A DNA stretch of 50,307 nucleotides, taken from the NCBI RefSeq assembly GCF_001194135.2, contig NC_069003.1, positions 23,050,391 through 23,100,697 of the forward strand, written 5' to 3'. Both the position numbers and the translations under genes were made by a program. The notes beneath the pieces were generated by a model, which saw nothing but the letters and a program-made list of their open reading frames with translations, did not search any database and had not been told where the DNA came from. Positions 47,300-50,307 of this stretch are shown here, piece after piece. The stretch comes from Octopus bimaculoides. Its lineage: Eukaryota. The first letter of the stretch is position 1. Each line of letters opens with the position of its first letter.

Positions 47300-47430
47300 T
47301 TCTGTGTTCCTTTCTGTCGAAGAGCGTAGGCTCGAAACATAAAAGACTTTCTCACTTCCTGTGTGTTAAAATAATACATCTGTTTGTTGTTTACACACCC
47401 GTCTTCGTCTTTTTTTTTGTAAATTCTCAC
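47300..47430 (+). mobile_element. Short Penelope-terminus-like element with a variant hammerhead-like motif
   Basis: CTTT-CTGTCGA-A-GAGC gtag GCTC-GAA-ACAT-A-AAAG at 47310-47345 has the same architecture as 15597-15640; the element ends in (TA)n. Confidence 0.45.
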
Positions 47431-47651
47431 TATATATATATATATNNNNNNNNNNNNNNNNNNNNNNNNNNNNNNNNNNNNNNNNNNNNNNNNNNNNNNN
47501 NNNNNNNNNNNNNNNNNNNNNNNNNNNNNNNNNNNNNNNNNNNNNNNNNNNNNNNNNNNNNNNNNNNNNNNNNNNNNNNNNNNNNNNNNNNNNNNNNNNN
47601 NNNNNNNNNNNNNNNNNNNNNNNNNNNNNNNNNNNNNNNNNATATATATAT

Positions 47652-48150
47652 ATGGGTACAGGACGTCACCAACAGTAAAGAACATGAAATACAAAGATAA
47701 ATGAGTTCAATATGCAAACAACGAAAGAAACAAATGGAAAACAGGACAAGCAACACAAAGAACGACCCTTCATCAGTTGTCGGCTGTCTATCTACTCCTC
47801 ATATCCAGTATTCAACGACAATATGAGTCTTCGAAGACAGTTGCTCCCATGAGTACCAAAATATTATTTGGGATTTATGGACGGTCAAAGTTGGGAACAA
47901 AAACAGGACACAACTTTGACCGTCCATAAGTCCCAAATTTTATTTTGGTACTTATGGGAGCAGCTGTCTTCGAAGACTTATTGTCATTCAATGCTGGAAA
48001 TGAGGAGTAGATAGACTGCTGACAACTGATGAAGGGTCGTTCTTTGTGTTACTTGCTCTGTTTTCCATTTGTTTCTTTCGTTGTTTGCGTATTGAACTCA
48101 TTTGTTTTCCTATTTCATGTTGTTTACTGTTGGTGACGTCCTGTACCCAT
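47652..48150. mobile_element. 500-bp palindromic element with arms of about 240 bp and a 17-nt loop, set in (TA)n
   Basis: 47652-47893 is the reverse complement of 47911-48150 at roughly 90% identity by eye; the termini are ATGGGTACAGGACGTCACC. Confidence 0.9.
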
Positions 48151-48546
48151 ATATGCATATATATATATATATANNNNNNNNNNNNNNNNNNNNNNNNNNN
48201 NNNNNNNNNNNNNNNNNNNNNNNNNNNNNNNNNNNNNNNNNNNNNNNNNNNNNNNNNNNNNNNNNNNNNNNNNNNNNNNNNNNNNNNNNNNNNNNNNNNN
48301 NNNNNNNNNNNNNNNNNNNNNNNNNNNNNNNNNNNNNNNNNNNNNNNNNNNNNNNNNNNNNNNNNNNNNNNNNNNNNNNNNNNNNNNNNNNNNNNNNNNN
48401 NNNNNNNNNNNNNNNNNNNNNNNNNNNNNNNNNNNNNNNNNNNNNNNNNNNNNNNNNNNNNNNNNNNNNNNNNNNNNNNNNNNNNNNNNNNNNNNNNNNN
48501 NNNNNNNNNNNNNNNNNNNNNNNNNNNNNNNNNNNNNNNNNNNNNN

Positions 48547-48582
<36 letters not shown>

Positions 48583-48879
48583 TCATATAACAGCTTTTAT
48601 ATTAACAATATTGATTTCTGCTATTTGCATATGACCAAACAATTGTTGGTATAGAGGACAGTCAATCAATTTAATCAAAGCCAGAATCAAAGTGGTAGAT
48701 ATTTGACTGAACTCTTATTGATGACAGGCAAAGTAGAGCTGGACAGAACGAGAACAGAAACTAGAAATAAATGAGTGTCGTAAGACAATTATCAAATACA
48801 TGTACATACATACATAATGTATTCATGTCCTCATTCTCCTTTTAATTTAGAACAATTTTTAACTAGGCACCTACTTGGT

Positions 48880-49070
48880 AGCAAAGTTGTGAAGGAAAGC
48901 ATCCCGTTTTATCTATCATCCTTTAAAGCTTGAGATGGTCTTTCATATTTTTATAGTCCTAGATATCGCGATCATTTGTAGCGTATGGATGAAGGATTTG
49001 CATTCTATTCCAAGTTCAGACATACTTTGCTCCAGACGGATTGGTGCATACCCTGTTGCTCCAATAATAA
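48880..49070 (-). mobile_element. Old R4-like RLE C-terminal fragment
   Basis: FIIGATGYAPIRLEQSMSELGIECKSFIHTLQMIAISRTIKI*KT aligns with the IIG.LGYV...LG...LI..LQ...GT.KICKT end of the 5.9 kb element. Confidence 0.6.
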
Positions 49071-49334
49071 AAGGTGTGTATGTATGAATGTATCTATGTC
49101 ATTATTCGGTTTTATTTCAAGATTTCTAGCCCCAAAGAAAAAGAACCGGTTTCTAATCTAGACCCAAGGCATTTTCACTGGAAATGCAATATTTACAGGG
49201 TATTTTTGTATGTATGTATGTATGTGTGTATGTATGTATGTATGTATGTATGTATGTATGTGTGTAGATTCGTATGTTATATTTTATGTATGTATTCTCA
49301 TGCATATAGTTGCATGTCTAGACATGTTCATATA

Positions 49335-49520
49335 TATTTAAATAATAAACTTCTGGAAAGTTTTACAGATATTTACAGTTCCAGTGATGGCTTAGATCTT
49401 TAGTCTTCGAATCAATTTTCTCCTTTCTGGTTTTGAGAAGCCTAATTTCTCAAAATTGGTATTTAGGTAGTGTGTTACATATCCCATTGCCCCAATAATT
49501 ACAGGTATAAACCTGAACAT
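49335..49520 (-). mobile_element. 5'-truncated copy of the same R4-like family as 5640-6850
   Basis: FRFIPVIIGAMGYVTHYLNTNFEKLGFSKPERRKLIRRLKI*AITGTVNICKTFQKF; 49402-49520 closely matches about 5890-6010 at nucleotide level. Confidence 0.88.
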
Positions 49521-49582
49521 GTAATGTATGCATGTATTTATGAATGTGCGTATAGGTGTGTGTGTGTGTGTGTGTATGAATG

Positions 49583-49614
<32 letters not shown>

Positions 49615-49740
49615 TTTCTCTTTCTCACTCCAATTTTAGAGTAAATTTCGACCGGCCATCTACTTGGTAGTGAGGTTGTGAACGAAAGTGTCTTCTTTTA
49701 ACCATTATCCTTAAGAACATTGTATGTATGCTCCAGCATC

Positions 49741-49790
49741 TTAAGGCGTGCTCCAGTATGGCCACAGTCAAATGACTGAAACAAGTAAAA
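49741..49790 (+). mobile_element. Isolated SINE family A 3' tail
   Basis: AAGGCGTGCTCCAGTATGGCCACAGTCAAATGACTGAAACAAGTAAAA. Confidence 0.8.
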
Positions 49791-50307
49791 TAATTTATAG
49801 ATGTGTGTGTGTGTAAATTACGTTCCCTGTATACATATTCTATTACGGTACACATTACATAATATGCCGATCTTGTAATTAACATGACTTGTTTTGCAAT
49901 ACTTGTTTTGCAATACGCAATATCCTTTACCTTTAGTTATGTCCGGAAGATCTCCAACGTGCAAGTGTCTTTCCCAGAATTTCAACCATCCACATGCAAT
50001 ATATTTAACCAACTGCAACAAAAGCTGATAAACCACTCGACGATTTCTCCTCTAAACATGCATCAAACAGGGACCCTCTACACGGAAGCTCAGCTCAATA
50101 GATATAGTAGTCAAATTTCTTTCAAACAGTAAACTGCCTGCTCAGAAAAAGAAGAAATATTTTGGATTATTATAGTTCTGGTGTTCACAATGTCTAAAAT
50201 GCAATGAACCAGTCTTCGCTGAAGATCGTTTGACTATAAGTTGGTGCAGTCAGAGCAAGAAAAACATCAATAACAAAAGCGAATCAGTAAGAGCAACAAT
50301 AACGTAT

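Noticed and set aside
49870-50307. Possible decayed RTE endonuclease or other ORF at the window end
   Set aside because: There is only a vague resemblance (RTL...LNRY, Y.FFWSG-like spacing), too degraded to support a call.

Overview
This is repeat-dense, AT-rich animal DNA from a short-read assembly. It has 14 N-gaps, most flanked by (TA)n or other microsatellites. The SINE sequences and microsatellite load point to an octopus (coleoid cephalopod) genome; that is inference from recognising the repeats. I could identify no intact protein-coding gene. Most of the window is decayed mobile DNA: three tRNA-derived SINE families, RTE, CR1, R4/Dong-like, HERO-like and Tx1-like LINE remnants, two Penelope-like elements (Neptune and Penelope/Poseidon types), DD37D and other Tc1/mariner remnants, a TA-flanked MITE and several fold-back elements. 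The strongest candidate host exon is a + strand ATG-to-GTAAGT segment at 23808-23950. The ORF track misses an RNA-level layer: several minimal type I hammerhead ribozyme motifs with palindromic helix III. One has a complete core (2588-2645). One lies just downstream of a tRNA-like Pol III module in a Penelope terminus (15597-15788). Several are decayed or variant. Other notable points: the main SINE and a CR1 LINE share a 3' tail with a covarying stem-loop; two SINE copies break at the same nucleotide; and one Penelope copy has a twin-priming-like 5' inversion. All alignments and folds were done by eye, and element boundaries are approximate unless a motif is quoted.
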